Part shown: positions 8,751 to 20,170 of the stretch, one piece after another
Position numbering within the stretch: position 1 is the first letter of the stretch
How the letters are laid out: each line of letters opens with the position of its first letter
DNA from: an uncultured Prevotellaceae bacterium
GTDB lineage: Bacteria; Bacteroidota; Bacteroidia; Bacteroidales; Bacteroidaceae
Assembly: GCA_937891085.1 (NCBI GenBank)
Contig: CALAEY010000012.1
Span: forward strand, 2,403-66,402
Direction: 5' to 3'
Length of the DNA stretch: 64,000 bases
The notes under the pieces: model-generated
Told to the model about the DNA's origin: nothing
What the model saw: the letters and a program-made list of their open reading frames with translations, nothing else
Database searches by the model: none
Made by a program: the position numbers and the translations under genes

Positions 8751-10742
8751 TTATTCCTTCTCCTTCAGCAAGCCCATGCGATAGGCCGCCAGGAGTTTCT
8801 GCAAATCCTTGATCTGCACACGGAGTTCCCTACCCTTATCGGTATCGCGCACCATGACACGATTCTGCGCATACTCTACCAGTGAGGTGCTCGACTTGAT
8901 ATCCTGCCCCTCTTCGATGGCCTTCTGGCGACTCTCGAACGGTTGGTGCTGCACCAACTGGAAGCCATGCGAATGATAAACCAGCGTGTAGCCAGCGATG
9001 CCCGTCTCTGGTTGGTAGGCCTTGGAGAATCCGCCATCGATGACAATGAGTCGGCCATCTGCCCTGACAGGAGTCTCCCCCTTGATGGTCTTCACGGGCA
9101 CATGTCCGTTGATGATATGCGTGTGAGGTCCAGGCTCCACGTCAAACTCCTGCAAGATGCGGTCGCACACCTCCTGCTGGTTGCGCAAGGTATAGTAGAA
9201 GCCCTTCTCCTCATGATGCGTCTCAGGATCGGCAATGAAGTAACGCTCGAAGGTCGTCATCTTGCTCTTGTCGAAGCTCGGCGTATCAGGTCCGCACCAG
9301 AGATACCACGCATAGTCCTGCGCAAAAAGTTTCTCTGGCTTTCCCTCCACCTCGAAGTAGGCCGTACGCAGCAGTTGGTCGGTCTTCTCCAGCAGTTTAC
9401 GTCCCCAATACTCTTTCTTACCGATACGCACGTGCTTGAAGCTGCCATCCTCATTGAGCGGGATGCTGGCATGGAAAAGCAGGTTGCCATTGGTCACCAA
9501 GTACATGCTGCCCTTGGCATACAGACAGTGCATGTGTTTGCGGAGCTTCTCACTGTTGATGAACGAGGCATGTATCTTGTCCATGATGTCACGCTCCTCC
9601 GGACTCAGGCGGTAAGGGTCGGCAGGGTCGATGGTTGGGAAGTGTGTGTCAGTGAGCGGATACTCCTTGCCATTCAAGCGGATGACACCTCTCTTATAGT
9701 CGATGAAATCGAGCAACAGGCGGTCTTCCATGTGGAACTCGGGACGGCACTTGATGATCTCCCCCTCCAGCTTGAACTGGATGATGGCAATGGCCTTGTG
9801 CATCTGCGCAAACAGGCGGAGCGTCTTCTCATCGAACTGTTCATCGCTCACACCCGTGCGCGACTGGAACTGCGTGCAGGGGTCATCCTTGTAAGTCTCC
9901 ATAGCGAAAGTAGCCAGCGGCAAGAAGTTGATGCCATAGCCATCTTCCAGCGTAGCCATGTTGGCATAGCGCAGGGCCGTACGTATGGCATTGGCGATGC
10001 AAGCGTCATTGCCAGAGGCAGCTCCCATCCAAAGAATGTCATGATTTCCCCACTGAATATCGAAATGATGATAGTCGCACAGCGTATCCATGATGATATG
10101 CGCCCCAGCCCCACGATCATAGATATCACCCACAATATGCAAGGAGTCGATGGTCAGTCGCTGTATCAACTGGCACATGGCCACGATAAACGCATCTGCC
10201 CGACGGGTAGAGATGATGGTGCTGATAATGGCATCGGTATAGGCCTGCTTATTAGGATCGATGGTAGATTCATGGAGCAATTCCTGAATGATGTAGGAGA
10301 AATCGCTGGGCAATGCCTTGCGCACCTTGGAACGCGTGTACTTGGAAGACACATTCTGGCACACCCGCACCAGACGGTTCAAGGTAATCTGATACCAATC
10401 GTCAATATCACGTTCACGACGCTTAACCAGTTGGAGTTTCTCCTCTGGATAATAGATGAGCGTGCAGAGATCTTTCATCTCCTTATCACGCAGGGAGTGG
10501 GCAAAGATTTCATTCACCTTACGCTTCACCGTACCAGAAGCATTCTTCAGCACATGCTGGAAAGCCTCGTACTCTCCGTGTACGTCAGACAAGAAATGTT
10601 CGGTACCCTTGGGCAGATTCAGTATCGCCTCCAAGTTGATGATTTCCGTACTTGCATCAGCAATCGTAGGGAATGAACGCGACAGAAGTTGCAGAAATCG
10701 CAGGTCTTCTGACAATTCTTCGAAAGTAAACGTGTGCTCCAT
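8751..10742 (-). CDS. fbp: Fructose-1,6-bisphosphatase class 3
   Basis: EIINLEAILNLPKGTEHFLSDVHGEY, GDIYDRG, WGNHD and IDGGFSKAYQ motifs. Confidence 0.93.
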   Translation of the reverse strand: MEHTFTFEELSEDLRFLQLLSRSFPTIADASTEIINLEAILNLPKGTEHFLSDVHGEYEAFQHVLKNASGTVKRKVNEIFAHSLRDKEMKDLCTLIYYPEEKLQLVKRRERDIDDWYQITLNRLVRVCQNVSSKYTRSKVRKALPSDFSYIIQELLHESTIDPNKQAYTDAIISTIISTRRADAFIVAMCQLIQRLTIDSLHIVGDIYDRGAGAHIIMDTLCDYHHFDIQWGNHDILWMGAASGNDACIANAIRTALRYANMATLEDGYGINFLPLATFAMETYKDDPCTQFQSRTGVSDEQFDEKTLRLFAQMHKAIAIIQFKLEGEIIKCRPEFHMEDRLLLDFIDYKRGVIRLNGKEYPLTDTHFPTIDPADPYRLSPEERDIMDKIHASFINSEKLRKHMHCLYAKGSMYLVTNGNLLFHASIPLNEDGSFKHVRIGKKEYWGRKLLEKTDQLLRTAYFEVEGKPEKLFAQDYAWYLWCGPDTPSFDKSKMTTFERYFIADPETHHEEKGFYYTLRNQQEVCDRILQEFDVEPGPHTHIINGHVPVKTIKGETPVRADGRLIVIDGGFSKAYQPETGIAGYTLVYHSHGFQLVQHQPFESRQKAIEEGQDIKSSTSLVEYAQNRVMVRDTDKGRELRVQIKDLQKLLAAYRMGLLKEKE

Positions 10743-10787
10743 TGTGACTAATTTTCAGCGAAGATAATAATTATAGTTCAAAAAACG

Positions 10788-10820
10788 AAAAAAGCCGACT
10801 ATCTTATTTGATAATCGGCT
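10788..10820 (-). terminator. Intrinsic terminator of the tRNA pair
   Basis: Minus strand agccgattatc...gatagtcggct followed by a T-run. Confidence 0.7.
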
Positions 10821-10826
10821 CATTAT

Positions 10827-10901
10827 TGGTAGTGGTACAGAGATTCGAACTCTGATTGCATGCGTGAGAGGCATGTGTCCTAGCCCTTAGACGATACCAC
10901 C
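10827..10901 (-). tRNA. tRNA-Glu (anticodon CTC)
   Basis: Minus strand GGTGGTATCGTCTAAGGGCTAGGACA-CATGC-CTCTCAC-GCATG...GTTCGAATC...TACCACTACCA; cloverleaf with encoded CCA. Confidence 0.93.
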
Positions 10902-10907
10902 GCTTTG

Positions 10908-10980
10908 TACACCCTCAGAGGCTCGAACTCTGGACCCACTGATTAAGAGTCAGTTGCTCTACCAACTGAGCTAAGGGTGC
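10908..10980 (-). tRNA. tRNA-Lys (anticodon CTT)
   Basis: Minus strand GCACCCTTAGCTCAGTTGGTAGAGCA-ACTGA-CTCTTAA-TCAGT...GTTCGAGCC...AGGGTGTA. Confidence 0.93.
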
Positions 10981-11073
10981 ATTGCATTTCCTTTCAGATT
11001 GCGGGTGCAAAGGTATTTCATTTCTTTGAATCTACCAAACATTCCGCCATATTTTTTCAATTATTTTTTCACA

Positions 11074-11877
11074 TCACTCAAATCCATAGAGTTCCGTGGG
11101 CACATTGCGGCGCAAAGCATAGAGCTGGACATCTTTGCCTACAATAATCCCCTTATCCCTAAGTGCCAGTTCTGTGGTTTTATAGGCCAAATCGGGATGA
11201 TTATTGTCCTTGCTCAGGTGGCACAGCCATATATATTTAAGGTGTGACTCGATATGCTCGGCCAGGAAACGTGAGGTTGTCTGATTGCTCAGATGTCCCG
11301 TGCTACTGGCAATACGCTTCTTGAGATAATCCGGATAGGGTCCCATGGCCAGCATCTCCTCGTCATAATTGGACTCGATGATAAGATAATTGGCACGCTG
11401 AATGTAAGACGCTACCAGAGGGGTGATCTCGCCAAGGTCTGTCACGAAGCAGAATGTCTTGCCGTCGATCGTGATGCAATAGCCCACATTGTCAGTGCCA
11501 TCATGCGGAACCTCAAACGACTCTATCGTAAAATCATGCAGCTGCATAGGCTGCTGTTTCTCGAGATAGCGCACACATGTGCTCAACTTCTCCGTCACGC
11601 AATAGCTATGATTGATACCGCCATGAATCTTGGCAGTGGTATAGACAGGAATGAAACATCTCTCGCCGAGAGGCCCCACGGACTTGATATGATCGGCATG
11701 ATCATGCGTGATGAAGATGGCCCTGATGGTCTCCAGGCCAATGCCGACATCCTTCAAAGACTTCTTGATAAAGCGCACAGGTAGACCCACGTCTATCAAT
11801 ATGCCATACGTCTCCGTCCCCAAATAGTAACAGTTACCACTGCTACCGCTACCCATGCTCATAAACCTAACTTTCAT
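11074..11877 (-). CDS. MBL-fold metallo-hydrolase (YycJ/WalJ-like)
   Basis: GSGSSGN, THDHADH, PHD, TDLG, IESNYD, GHLSN, HLSKDNN motifs. Confidence 0.88.
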   Translation of the reverse strand: MKVRFMSMGSGSSGNCYYLGTETYGILIDVGLPVRFIKKSLKDVGIGLETIRAIFITHDHADHIKSVGPLGERCFIPVYTTAKIHGGINHSYCVTEKLSTCVRYLEKQQPMQLHDFTIESFEVPHDGTDNVGYCITIDGKTFCFVTDLGEITPLVASYIQRANYLIIESNYDEEMLAMGPYPDYLKKRIASSTGHLSNQTTSRFLAEHIESHLKYIWLCHLSKDNNHPDLAYKTTELALRDKGIIVGKDVQLYALRRNVPTELYGFE

Positions 11878-11943
11878 CTTTCCTTACCTACCCTGGCCTA
11901 TTGCCAGTCTAAAACCTATTACACAAATATCATCATCACCACT

Positions 11944-11979
11944 AAAAAAGGACAGAAATCAAAGGATGATTTCCGTCCT
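11944..11979 (-). terminator. Intrinsic terminator of the ncRNA
   Basis: Minus strand aggacggaaatca-tcctt-tgatttctgtcct followed by a T-run. Confidence 0.75.
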
Positions 11980-12180
11980 CTCCTATAAGGAAGCCGCATC
12001 GATATTGATTGAAGATGAAACTCCGGATGACATGATTTGAGTGCTCGTCCTCTTTGTAATCCACCGACATAAAGTTACCCCCGAAGGAGCGTGGCCCGCC
12101 ATTGAGAAGCGAAGCTTGTCTCGGTATTTCTATTAATTTGATGAGTTTCCCGATCCAATCGACGCGGCTATTCTTTTTCT
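11944..12180 (-). ncRNA. Rod-shaped ncRNA downstream of rplT (Bacteroidales-1 motif / 6S-like candidate)
   Basis: 5' AGCCGCGTCGATTG pairs with 3' ATCGATGCGGCT; inner GAAACTC/GAGTTTC; own promoter and terminator; position after rplT fits Bacteroidales-1. Confidence 0.75.
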
Positions 12181-12185
12181 CATTT

Positions 12186-12217
12186 CAAAAATAGTGTATT
12201 TTATCGAAACTTGCAAA
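12186..12217 (-). promoter_or_regulatory. Sigma-A promoter of the ncRNA
   Basis: Minus strand TTTG (12217-12214), 20 nt spacer, TATTTTTG (12193-12186). Confidence 0.7.
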
Positions 12218-12235
12218 TAAAAATGCATATTTAAT

Positions 12236-12269
12236 AAAAAACGGGGTCAATGACTCGCATCGACCCCGC
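12236..12269 (-). terminator. Intrinsic terminator after rplT
   Basis: Minus strand cggggtcgatg...cattgaccccg followed by a T-run. Confidence 0.75.
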
Positions 12270-12288
12270 TGAATTATTAATGAGATTC

Positions 12289-12639
12289 TTAAGCAGCTTT
12301 AGCCTTATCCACAATAGCCTTGAAAGCTTCTGGATGGTTAACAGCTAAATCAGCCAGCACCTTGCGGTTGATTTCAATACCAGCCTTATGCAGGAGACCC
12401 ATCAACTTAGAATAAGAAAGACCTTCCAGACGAGCAGCAGCGTTGATACGCTGGATCCACAGAGCACGGAAGTTGCGCTTCTTGTTCTTACGGTCACGGT
12501 AAGCATAGGTAAGACCTTTCTCCCAAGTATTCTTGGCAACGGTCCAGACATTCTTTCTTGCACCAAAGTAACCTCTGGTCAACTTCAAAATTTTCTTTCT
12601 TCTCGCGCGAGAAGCAACATGATTAACTGATCTTGGCAT
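12289..12639 (-). CDS. rplT: 50S ribosomal protein L20
   Basis: [16 protein letters not shown]...AYRDRK...[11 protein letters not shown]. Confidence 0.98.
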   Translation of the reverse strand: MPRSVNHVASRARRKKILKLTRGYFGARKNVWTVAKNTWEKGLTYAYRDRKNKKRNFRALWIQRINAAARLEGLSYSKLMGLLHKAGIEINRKVLADLAVNHPEAFKAIVDKAKAA

Positions 12640-12655
12640 AGTTTCATTTGTTTTT

Positions 12656-12713
12656 GAATGTTAGCGCCTCACCTTAATATAAAATAGAGAGGTCTTTCGG
12701 AGCTAATGCATTC
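12656..12713 (-). promoter_or_regulatory. Candidate structured mRNA leader immediately upstream of rplT
   Basis: GAATG-(CA)-TTAGC pairs with GCTAA-CATTC, enclosing a CGAAAG loop and a CCTC/GAGG stem. Confidence 0.45.
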
Positions 12714-12741
12714 GGTTAATAAATTAATTTCTTGACTCGGC

Positions 12742-12939
12742 TTACTTGATGGCCAGAAGCTCTCTCACCTGACGGAGGTTAGCTCTATCTACCAATGTAG
12801 AATAGCACAAATTTCTCTTCTGCTTCTTAGTCTTCTTAGTCAGAATGTGACTGTGATAAGCATGCTGTCTTTTAATTTTACCTGTTCCGGTAAGAACGAA
12901 TCTTTTTTTAGAACCGGAGTTAGTCTTAATTTTTGGCAT
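12742..12939 (-). CDS. rpmI: 50S ribosomal protein L35
   Basis: [14 protein letters not shown]...HILTKK...KRNL. Confidence 0.97.
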   Translation of the reverse strand: MPKIKTNSGSKKRFVLTGTGKIKRQHAYHSHILTKKTKKQKRNLCYSTLVDRANLRQVRELLAIK

Positions 12940-12991
12940 CTTTACTATTATTTAATGATTTAATATTATGATAATGCACTATACCGCGGCA

Positions 12992-13648
12992 TTATACATT
13001 TTCTTCTTTCTGTGCTTCGGCTGCCTTAGCTTCGTTTCTCTCCTGTTTCAAGGCGAGTTTCTCTGCAGCAGCTTTCTGCATGGCTTTCTGGGCTTCAGCA
13101 GCACGCTGACCAGGTTTCTTAACGATTTCCTTCTTTGGTCCCAGCACGATGGTCATCTTTTTCTTCTCAAGCACTGGCATCTGCTCCACCTTCGCATAGT
13201 TCTCCAAGTCATTGGCAAAACGAAGCAACAATACTTCACCCTGCTCCTTGAATAAGATGGAACGACCCTTGAAGAACACATAGGCACGAACCTTATTGCC
13301 GTCTTCCAAGAATCCGATGGCATGCTTCAACTTGAAGTTATAATCATGATCATCTGTCTGAGGACCGAAACGGATCTCCTTAACCTCAATCTTTACCTGC
13401 TTGGCCTTCTGCTCCTTCTGACGTTTCTTCAGCTGATAGAGGAACTTGGAATATTCAATGACTCTACAAACAGGCGGAACTGCATTCGGAGAGATTTCTA
13501 CGAGGTCAGAATTATGCTCCTCGGCAATCTTCAGCGCAACAGCCAAAGGATATACCTTGGATTCAATGTCATCGCCAACAACTCTGACTTCCCTTGCACG
13601 GATCTGTTCATTGACCCGATACTGATCTTTAACGTTATCTTTCTTCAT
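12992..13648 (-). CDS. infC: Translation initiation factor IF-3 with Ala/Lys/Glu-rich tail
   Basis: [31 protein letters not shown] motifs; thrS-infC-rpmI-rplT order. Confidence 0.96.
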   Translation of the reverse strand: MKKDNVKDQYRVNEQIRAREVRVVGDDIESKVYPLAVALKIAEEHNSDLVEISPNAVPPVCRVIEYSKFLYQLKKRQKEQKAKQVKIEVKEIRFGPQTDDHDYNFKLKHAIGFLEDGNKVRAYVFFKGRSILFKEQGEVLLLRFANDLENYAKVEQMPVLEKKKMTIVLGPKKEIVKKPGQRAAEAQKAMQKAAAEKLALKQERNEAKAAEAQKEENV

Positions 13649-13770
13649 TAAAAATTAAAATTCCCGTTTGTTTCTTAGTCTACTTATTCTTTTAAATCCC
13701 TTAAAAATTATATGCAATCAGCATCTCCAAACCTCCCAAAGGAGTTTTTGCGGTAAAATTGCCTGCAAAT

Positions 13771-15717
13771 TTACCACTTATTTATCATATTATTAACTTC
13801 TTCGCAGATTTTTTTTGCAAAATCTTCATATTTCATAGTGCCTTTATCACCTTCGCCCTGTTTTCTGACAGAAACTTCGCCATTCTGAGCCTCTTTTTCA
13901 CCGACAACGAGCATGTATGGAATACGTTTCATCTCATTGTCACGAATCTTACGGCCGATCTTCTCATTTCTATCATCAACTTGAGCACGAACATCGTACT
14001 TCTTCAGAGCGGCCTTCACCTCATTGGCATAGTCGTTGAACTTCTCACTGATAGGCAAGATGGCAACTTGGTCTGGAGTAAGCCACAATGGGAACTTACC
14101 TGCGGTATGCTCGATAAGCACTGCCACGAAACGCTCCATAGAACCGAACGGGGCACGGTGGATCATCACTGGGCGATGCTTCATGTTGTCTGCACCTGTA
14201 TATTCCAGTTCGAAACGCTCTGGGAGGTTGTAGTCCACCTGGATAGTACCCAACTGCCAACGGCGTCCGATGGCATCCTTCACCATGAAGTCGAGCTTAG
14301 GACCATAGAAGGCAGCCTCACCATATTCAACCTTAGCAGGCAGACCTTTCTCCTCGCATGCTTCAATGATAGCTCTCTCGGCCTTCTCCCAAACCTCATC
14401 AGAACCGATGTATTTCTCATGATCGTTAGGGTCGCGCAGAGATATCTGAGCCTCGAAATTCTCGAAGTTCATTGACTTGAACACGATGGAGATGATATCC
14501 ATCACACGGAGGAATTCATCCTTCACCTGATCTTGACGGCAGAAGATATGTGCATCATCTTGTGTGAAACTACGTACACGCGTCAATCCGTGAAGTTCAC
14601 CACTCTGCTCATAACGGCAAACGGTACCAAACTCAGCGATACGCAAAGGCAGGTCCTTGTATGAGCGAGGAGAATTCTTGTAAATCATACAGTGGTGAGG
14701 GCAGTTCATAGGTTTCAGCAGATATTCCTCACCCTCCTCAGGTGTATGGATAGGCTGGAAGGAATCTTTGCCATAATGGGCATAATGTCCAGAAGTGACA
14801 TAGAGTTGCTTTCCGCCAATTGGAGGCGTAATCACCTCTTGATAATCATAGCGCTGCTGGATACGACGCAGGAAATCTTGCAGACGCAGGCGTAAAGACG
14901 TACCCTTAGGCAACCACATAGGCAGACCCTTGCCTACCGTATCGCTGAACATGAAGAGATCCATCTCCTTACCTATCTTACGATGGTCACGCTTCTTGGC
15001 TTCCTCAAGCATCACCAGATACTCGTCCAGCATTTTCTTCTTTGGGAAGCTGATGCCATAGATACGGGTAAGTTGCTCTCTCGTATCATCACCACGCCAG
15101 AACGCAGCTGAAACACTGGTCAGCTTGATTGCCTTGATACTACCTGTATTCATCAAGTGAGGGCCACGGCAAAGATCAGTGAAGGCACCCTGGGTGTAAG
15201 TGGAAATAGTTCCATCTTCCAGATCCTCGGCAATGTGCTCACACTTATACTCCTGACCTGTTGATTTAAAGAATTCCAAGGCATCTGCCTTAGAAATATT
15301 TTTACGAACCAGCTCCTCCTTCTTTGAAGCCAGTTCTTGCATTTTCTTTTCAATAGCTGGGAGGTCACCTTCTCTGATCACGGTATCTCCCTGTGGCTTT
15401 ACATCATAGAAGAATCCATTCTCGATGGCAGGACCAAAACCAAACTGGATACCAGGATAGAGCTCTTGCAGAGCCTCTGCCAGCAAATGGGCACTGGTAT
15501 GCCAGAATGTGTGCTTGCCTTCTTCATCTTCCCACTTGTAAAGAACCACTTTTGCATCCTCAAGAATAGGACGATTTAAATCATAAGTTTCACCATTCAC
15601 GCCACAAGAAAGCACTTCCTGTGCCAAACGCGAACTAATGCTTTCTGCAATCTGCAGACCTGTAACTCCCTCGTTATATTCACGAACAGAGCCATCTGGA
15701 AATGTTATTTTTATCAT
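13771..15717 (-). CDS. thrS: Threonine--tRNA ligase
   Basis: [12 protein letters not shown] domain, [37 protein letters not shown]. Confidence 0.98.
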   Translation of the reverse strand: MIKITFPDGSVREYNEGVTGLQIAESISSRLAQEVLSCGVNGETYDLNRPILEDAKVVLYKWEDEEGKHTFWHTSAHLLAEALQELYPGIQFGFGPAIENGFFYDVKPQGDTVIREGDLPAIEKKMQELASKKEELVRKNISKADALEFFKSTGQEYKCEHIAEDLEDGTISTYTQGAFTDLCRGPHLMNTGSIKAIKLTSVSAAFWRGDDTREQLTRIYGISFPKKKMLDEYLVMLEEAKKRDHRKIGKEMDLFMFSDTVGKGLPMWLPKGTSLRLRLQDFLRRIQQRYDYQEVITPPIGGKQLYVTSGHYAHYGKDSFQPIHTPEEGEEYLLKPMNCPHHCMIYKNSPRSYKDLPLRIAEFGTVCRYEQSGELHGLTRVRSFTQDDAHIFCRQDQVKDEFLRVMDIISIVFKSMNFENFEAQISLRDPNDHEKYIGSDEVWEKAERAIIEACEEKGLPAKVEYGEAAFYGPKLDFMVKDAIGRRWQLGTIQVDYNLPERFELEYTGADNMKHRPVMIHRAPFGSMERFVAVLIEHTAGKFPLWLTPDQVAILPISEKFNDYANEVKAALKKYDVRAQVDDRNEKIGRKIRDNEMKRIPYMLVVGEKEAQNGEVSVRKQGEGDKGTMKYEDFAKKICEEVNNMINKW

Positions 15718-15794
15718 ACTTACAAATGTATAATTAGTTTCGAGACGCAAAAATAGCGAAATCTTTTCAACTTTACGCTTATTTCTGGAAATAC

Positions 15795-17831
15795 TTACTC
15801 ATCATTGGTAGAAAAACGCTTAATTACGTTGTAGGCCTCCACTTCTCCAAGCTCTCCGGCCTTACTTAAGTCTGACACACCTAATCTGTTATTCCCTAAG
15901 AATATATGCGTGAGACCCCTGTTATAATATGCCTCTGCGAAATCAGGACGTCTATCAAGCACATAATTGTAATCCTCCAAGGCTGCCCGATAATTACCCA
16001 AAGTAATCTGCAGACTACCTCTATTATAATAAGCATAGACAAAATCAGGGGCGAGTTCTATCACCTTATCTAGATCCCTTTTCACGAACTCATAGTCGGC
16101 AGTGCCAACAGCCTCTACGGGATTCCCCTCCTCATTCAGTTGTCGAGGAGCTGCACTTGCCTGAGCCTTCCGATATTCCAATTGCTTATACCGCACCAAA
16201 GCACGCATAAAATAGGCGGGGAAGAACTGGTCGTCTATTGCAATGGCTTTCGTGAAATCGGCCTCTGCATTATCCAAATCCTGCACGAGGTAAAAATCCA
16301 GGCCACGTGAGAACTGAAGGATGGCATCTGCCTGCCCTTCTGCTATCTCCGCAGAAAGCTTATCAATGTCAGCAAAATGGCGATTAACCTGACTGACCGT
16401 GAGTGGCGCTTCCTGATTGGAAATCAGCAATTCATCAGCTAGTAGCTTATTATGATTCAATTCATCTATATAATGGTGGTAATGCACATTACGCTTTACC
16501 TCACTCTGACGCTCATAGTAGGTCAAAGCAAAGAGAGGTTCCGGCTTAATCTGTACGTTTCTATCCTGAACCCTTCCACGCACTGCACTGGCATAGTCAT
16601 TCTGGTTGTCAGAATCATCTGCAATCACAATCTTGCGATAGTTCTCTACATTCTTATCACTTTGCTTTCGCGTCTTAGCCCCCTTGCTGTCATTGTCAGC
16701 AACATCACCCTGATTATCATTGTTTGCTTGAGACGGATTATTCAGTTGGTCAATCTGGGCTTTCATGATTTGGAACTCATCCTGTTCTGCTCCCCGACGG
16801 TCTCCGATCTTTTTGCGAGCTTCTGCTCGTTGATAATAGCCAGCCAAGAAATTAGGATACACATCCAGCACACGAGAAAAATCGCTGATAGCTCCTCGGT
16901 AATCACCAGTCTGTGAGCGGAGTACGCCTCTATTGAAAGTGGCCATCATATCGTCTGGATCTACCTGCAGCACAAAGTCGAAATCCTCAATGGCGCGGTT
17001 ATCATCTCCCACCTGCGCTCTTAAAAGTCCTCTGTTATAGTGTCCGATAAAGTTGCCTGGTTCGATATCAAGTGCCAAATCATAGTCACTCATGGCCCCA
17101 CGAAGATTGTTTTGGTGGAATCTTGCCAAGGCACGATTTATGTAGTTACTGGCATTGCGCACACTCAGACGAATAGCCTGATCAAAATCTTCCTCTGCCT
17201 CTTTATACTTAGTCTGCTGCAACTCTACCATTGCACGAGCAGTATAGCCATTCGGCTCGAAACGCTCAAGCTCTATGGCTCTATTAAAATCATCTAAAGC
17301 TGCAATCGTATCATTCTCATGCAAAAATGCCTCACCTCTCATCAGATAGGCAGAAGTGTAGCGAGGAGCGACTTCAAGCAATTTGCCCAACTCCTCTCTA
17401 GCAGAAGGATAGTCTTTCTTCTGAAGATGGCACAACGCTAGATTGTGCCAGAGAGTCACATTCTCAGGATCTATCCGAAGCGCAGCGGTATAGTCTTCTA
17501 TAGCCAGATCATATTTATTCTGACGTATCCTGGAGAGGCCTCTCACTTGATAAGCACCTACTACAAACGGATTTCGCTCAACTGCTAATGAACAGTCTTC
17601 TTCCGCCCCTTGATAGTCGTCCAGATAGAACTTAGCCATCCCCCGATAAAAATAGGGCTCATATAGATAAGGTTTGGCATTTATGACCTGATTGAAATAC
17701 TGGATAGACAACACATAGTCTTCAAAATACAGAGCATTTCGCGCGATAGTCATCACGCGATCTGTATTAATCTGAGCCATCAAAAAAGATGGGACGAGAC
17801 ATAGCATTATCAGAATCCTTTTCAACCTCAT
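15795..17831 (-). CDS. Exported tetratricopeptide-repeat protein
   Basis: Signal peptide and many AYYNRG...A..DF..A TPR units. Confidence 0.88.
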   Translation of the reverse strand: MRLKRILIMLCLVPSFLMAQINTDRVMTIARNALYFEDYVLSIQYFNQVINAKPYLYEPYFYRGMAKFYLDDYQGAEEDCSLAVERNPFVVGAYQVRGLSRIRQNKYDLAIEDYTAALRIDPENVTLWHNLALCHLQKKDYPSAREELGKLLEVAPRYTSAYLMRGEAFLHENDTIAALDDFNRAIELERFEPNGYTARAMVELQQTKYKEAEEDFDQAIRLSVRNASNYINRALARFHQNNLRGAMSDYDLALDIEPGNFIGHYNRGLLRAQVGDDNRAIEDFDFVLQVDPDDMMATFNRGVLRSQTGDYRGAISDFSRVLDVYPNFLAGYYQRAEARKKIGDRRGAEQDEFQIMKAQIDQLNNPSQANNDNQGDVADNDSKGAKTRKQSDKNVENYRKIVIADDSDNQNDYASAVRGRVQDRNVQIKPEPLFALTYYERQSEVKRNVHYHHYIDELNHNKLLADELLISNQEAPLTVSQVNRHFADIDKLSAEIAEGQADAILQFSRGLDFYLVQDLDNAEADFTKAIAIDDQFFPAYFMRALVRYKQLEYRKAQASAAPRQLNEEGNPVEAVGTADYEFVKRDLDKVIELAPDFVYAYYNRGSLQITLGNYRAALEDYNYVLDRRPDFAEAYYNRGLTHIFLGNNRLGVSDLSKAGELGEVEAYNVIKRFSTNDE

Positions 17832-18391
17832 TATTTAATGTGCACCGATTTTGTCTTATAATTACAATGTACCTTACCCTTCAACATTGAGTTCAACTTG
17901 CCTTTAATCATTTGTTTTCGCAATGGAGAAATATGATCTATAAACATTTTTCCCTCTAAGTGATCAAACTCATGCTGCATGACTCTGGCCAAATATCCCT
18001 CAACAATCTCTTCATGCTCTACCAAGTCTTGATCTAAATAAGTCACATGAATACGATTGAAGCGCTTCACGTTTTCATGAATGCCAGGCAAGCTTAGGCA
18101 ACCCTCTTCCATGTTTTCTTCATCGCCCGAAACTTCATGGATGTGTGCGTTGATATATGCTTTCCTAAAACCTTTATATTCGGGGAAGTCCTCTGAAAGC
18201 ACATCAAGGTCAATCACAACCACACGAATCGGAATACCAATCTGAGGAGCGGCAAGACCTACGCCCTCAGCATGATCCATTGTTTCGAACATGTTGACAA
18301 TCAGTTCCTTCAAGTTGGGATAATCTGGCGTTATATCTTCGGCAACCTTTCGAAGAACTGGTTGTCCATACACATAAATCGGTAAAATCAT
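17831..18391 (-). CDS. def: Peptide deformylase
   Basis: [24 protein letters not shown]. Confidence 0.97.
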   Translation of the reverse strand: MILPIYVYGQPVLRKVAEDITPDYPNLKELIVNMFETMDHAEGVGLAAPQIGIPIRVVVIDLDVLSEDFPEYKGFRKAYINAHIHEVSGDEENMEEGCLSLPGIHENVKRFNRIHVTYLDQDLVEHEEIVEGYLARVMQHEFDHLEGKMFIDHISPLRKQMIKGKLNSMLKGKVHCNYKTKSVHIK

Positions 18392-18402
18392 TTTCTATAT
18401 AA

Positions 18403-18825
18403 TTAATGTTTAAATTTCAAACTTTCTAAATAGGACTGAAGAATGATAGTGGCACTGATCTCGTCAACCAAAGCCTTATTCTGCCGAGCCTTCTTCTTCA
18501 GACCGCCATCAATCATAGCCCTATGTGCCATGACTGACGTAAACCGCTCGTCTATAAATTCAACGGGTATAGTTGGGATCTTTTTAGACAAAGAACGAAT
18601 AAATGGCTCTATATTTTTCATATTCTCTGAGTCTTCATTGTTCATCTGACGTGGGTAGCCAATGATTATCTTATCAACAGGTTCTTTACTAACATAATCT
18701 GCTAAGAAAGTAAGAAGTTCGTTGGTTGGAACCGTTGTAAGCCCATTAGCAATGATCTGCAGGATGTCAGTAACAGCTATCCCAGATCGTTTTTTTCCAT
18801 AGTCAATTGCCAAGATTCTTCCCAT
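18403..18825 (-). CDS. ruvX: RuvX/YqgF pre-16S rRNA nuclease
   Basis: RILAIDYGKKRSGIA, DERFTS, DEISATIILQ. Confidence 0.93.
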   Translation of the reverse strand: MGRILAIDYGKKRSGIAVTDILQIIANGLTTVPTNELLTFLADYVSKEPVDKIIIGYPRQMNNEDSENMKNIEPFIRSLSKKIPTIPVEFIDERFTSVMAHRAMIDGGLKKKARQNKALVDEISATIILQSYLESLKFKH

Positions 18826-18893
18826 AACCATAAAATCTGCTACAAAAGTAGCATTTTAATTTCATACTTTACATTAAGAATAGTTATAATATG

Positions 18894-18923
18894 AAAAAGG
18901 GTACTCGATAACGAATACCCTTT
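18894..18923 (-). terminator. Terminator after ompA
   Basis: Minus strand aaagggtattcg...cgagtacccttttt. Confidence 0.65.
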
Positions 18924-18955
18924 CTCAAATATATCAATTAATTTGTACTACCAAA

Positions 18956-20110
18956 TCAATCAACACCCATGATTACGACACGAGTAGTCTCGTTCTCAGT
19001 GAACAAGTTCTCAACACCACCATTAGAAACGATCTCCAACTGGCTAGCTGGAACTCCCTGCTCTACCAATGCATCGTAAACAGCCTTTGCACGGTTGTCT
19101 GTCAACTTCTGGTTGAAGTTTGCACTACCTGTAGCCTTATCAGCATAAGCCTGTACCTTGAAAGTACCGCCATTTGCCTTGATGCCCTCAGCAACCAACT
19201 TGATAGTAGCCTTAGCATAGCTATCAAGTTTATAGCTACCAATCTTGAAGAAGATAGGAGTCTTATTGAATACAGCTTCCTTCACAACCTGAGTCTCAGT
19301 TACAGTACGTACTTCTGGAGCGCGGTTACGGCACTCTTCTAACTCACGACGCAGACGATTGATCTCATCGTTCAGAGCCGAATTGTCAACCTTAGCAGCT
19401 GCAACCATAAACTCACGACCACCGAAGGTGTAAGTCAAACCAGCGCCGAAATACAGACCTCCTACAGTGCGAGCTGTTGACTGATAGCCAAGATATGAAG
19501 CAGCCAATTCACCGCGAGCTTCGAGGTCGATTGAAACAGCGTCACTTACATAGAAGTTAGCCAGCAAACCAACAGAACCGTTAACGAAAGAGCGTAATTT
19601 GTTGTCAGAAGCAGGAACTTTATCAAAGCCATTTGAAACCTCCTGATACCTTGACTGATGAACAGTCTTAGCGAAGGTCAGACCAGGACCTGCAAATGCA
19701 GACAAATTAAAGCCACGATCTGGGTTGTAACCAAAAATTGCGTTAGTCAAACTATACAACATATCTAAACGAGCAATACCAATATTTTTATTATAACTCT
19801 GCTCAGCTCCTGGTGTACCAGTTGAAGAAATATGATTGTAGCTTGAATTGTAATTAGCTTTCCACGCGCCACCCTGCAGACGCAGACCAACAACAGGATT
19901 GAACCACTTACCAACAGACAATGTCACATGAGGTGCAGGATCACCAAACTTGCCATCCTTACCCGTATTTACCAGAGAGACACCACCAGTAGCACTAATA
20001 AAGATATTCTTGCTTCCCTCGGAGGTATATTTCTCTCTAGTTGATTGAGCTGATACAGACATAGTCGTAGCAGCCAATGCTAAAGATAATATAATTAATT
20101 TACTTTTCAT
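18956..20110 (-). CDS. OmpA-family outer-membrane protein
   Basis: Signal peptide, N-terminal barrel (GKWFNPVVGLR), coiled linker, OmpA_C motifs YADKATG and NQKLTDNRAKAV. Confidence 0.88.
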   Translation of the reverse strand: MKSKLIILSLALAATTMSVSAQSTREKYTSEGSKNIFISATGGVSLVNTGKDGKFGDPAPHVTLSVGKWFNPVVGLRLQGGAWKANYNSSYNHISSTGTPGAEQSYNKNIGIARLDMLYSLTNAIFGYNPDRGFNLSAFAGPGLTFAKTVHQSRYQEVSNGFDKVPASDNKLRSFVNGSVGLLANFYVSDAVSIDLEARGELAASYLGYQSTARTVGGLYFGAGLTYTFGGREFMVAAAKVDNSALNDEINRLRRELEECRNRAPEVRTVTETQVVKEAVFNKTPIFFKIGSYKLDSYAKATIKLVAEGIKANGGTFKVQAYADKATGSANFNQKLTDNRAKAVYDALVEQGVPASQLEIVSNGGVENLFTENETTRVVIMGVD

Positions 20111-20170
20111 TTTGATCTTAATTTAAAAATTAAATTTCAAGAAGTACTCTAACAAAATTAACTATTAACA

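Noticed and set aside
8943..10676. 577-aa ORF antisense to fbp
   Set aside because: Fully shadows a conserved gene and has no motifs; long antisense ORFs recur throughout the window (opposite lutB, dinB, mrp), consistent with codon bias.
10827..10980. tRNAs as an integration site
   Set aside because: No integrase, and no duplicated tRNA 3' end was seen; flanks are housekeeping genes.
12992..13648. infC with ATG start and long C-terminal tail
   Set aside because: As far as I recall both are ordinary in Bacteroidales; I cannot support novelty.
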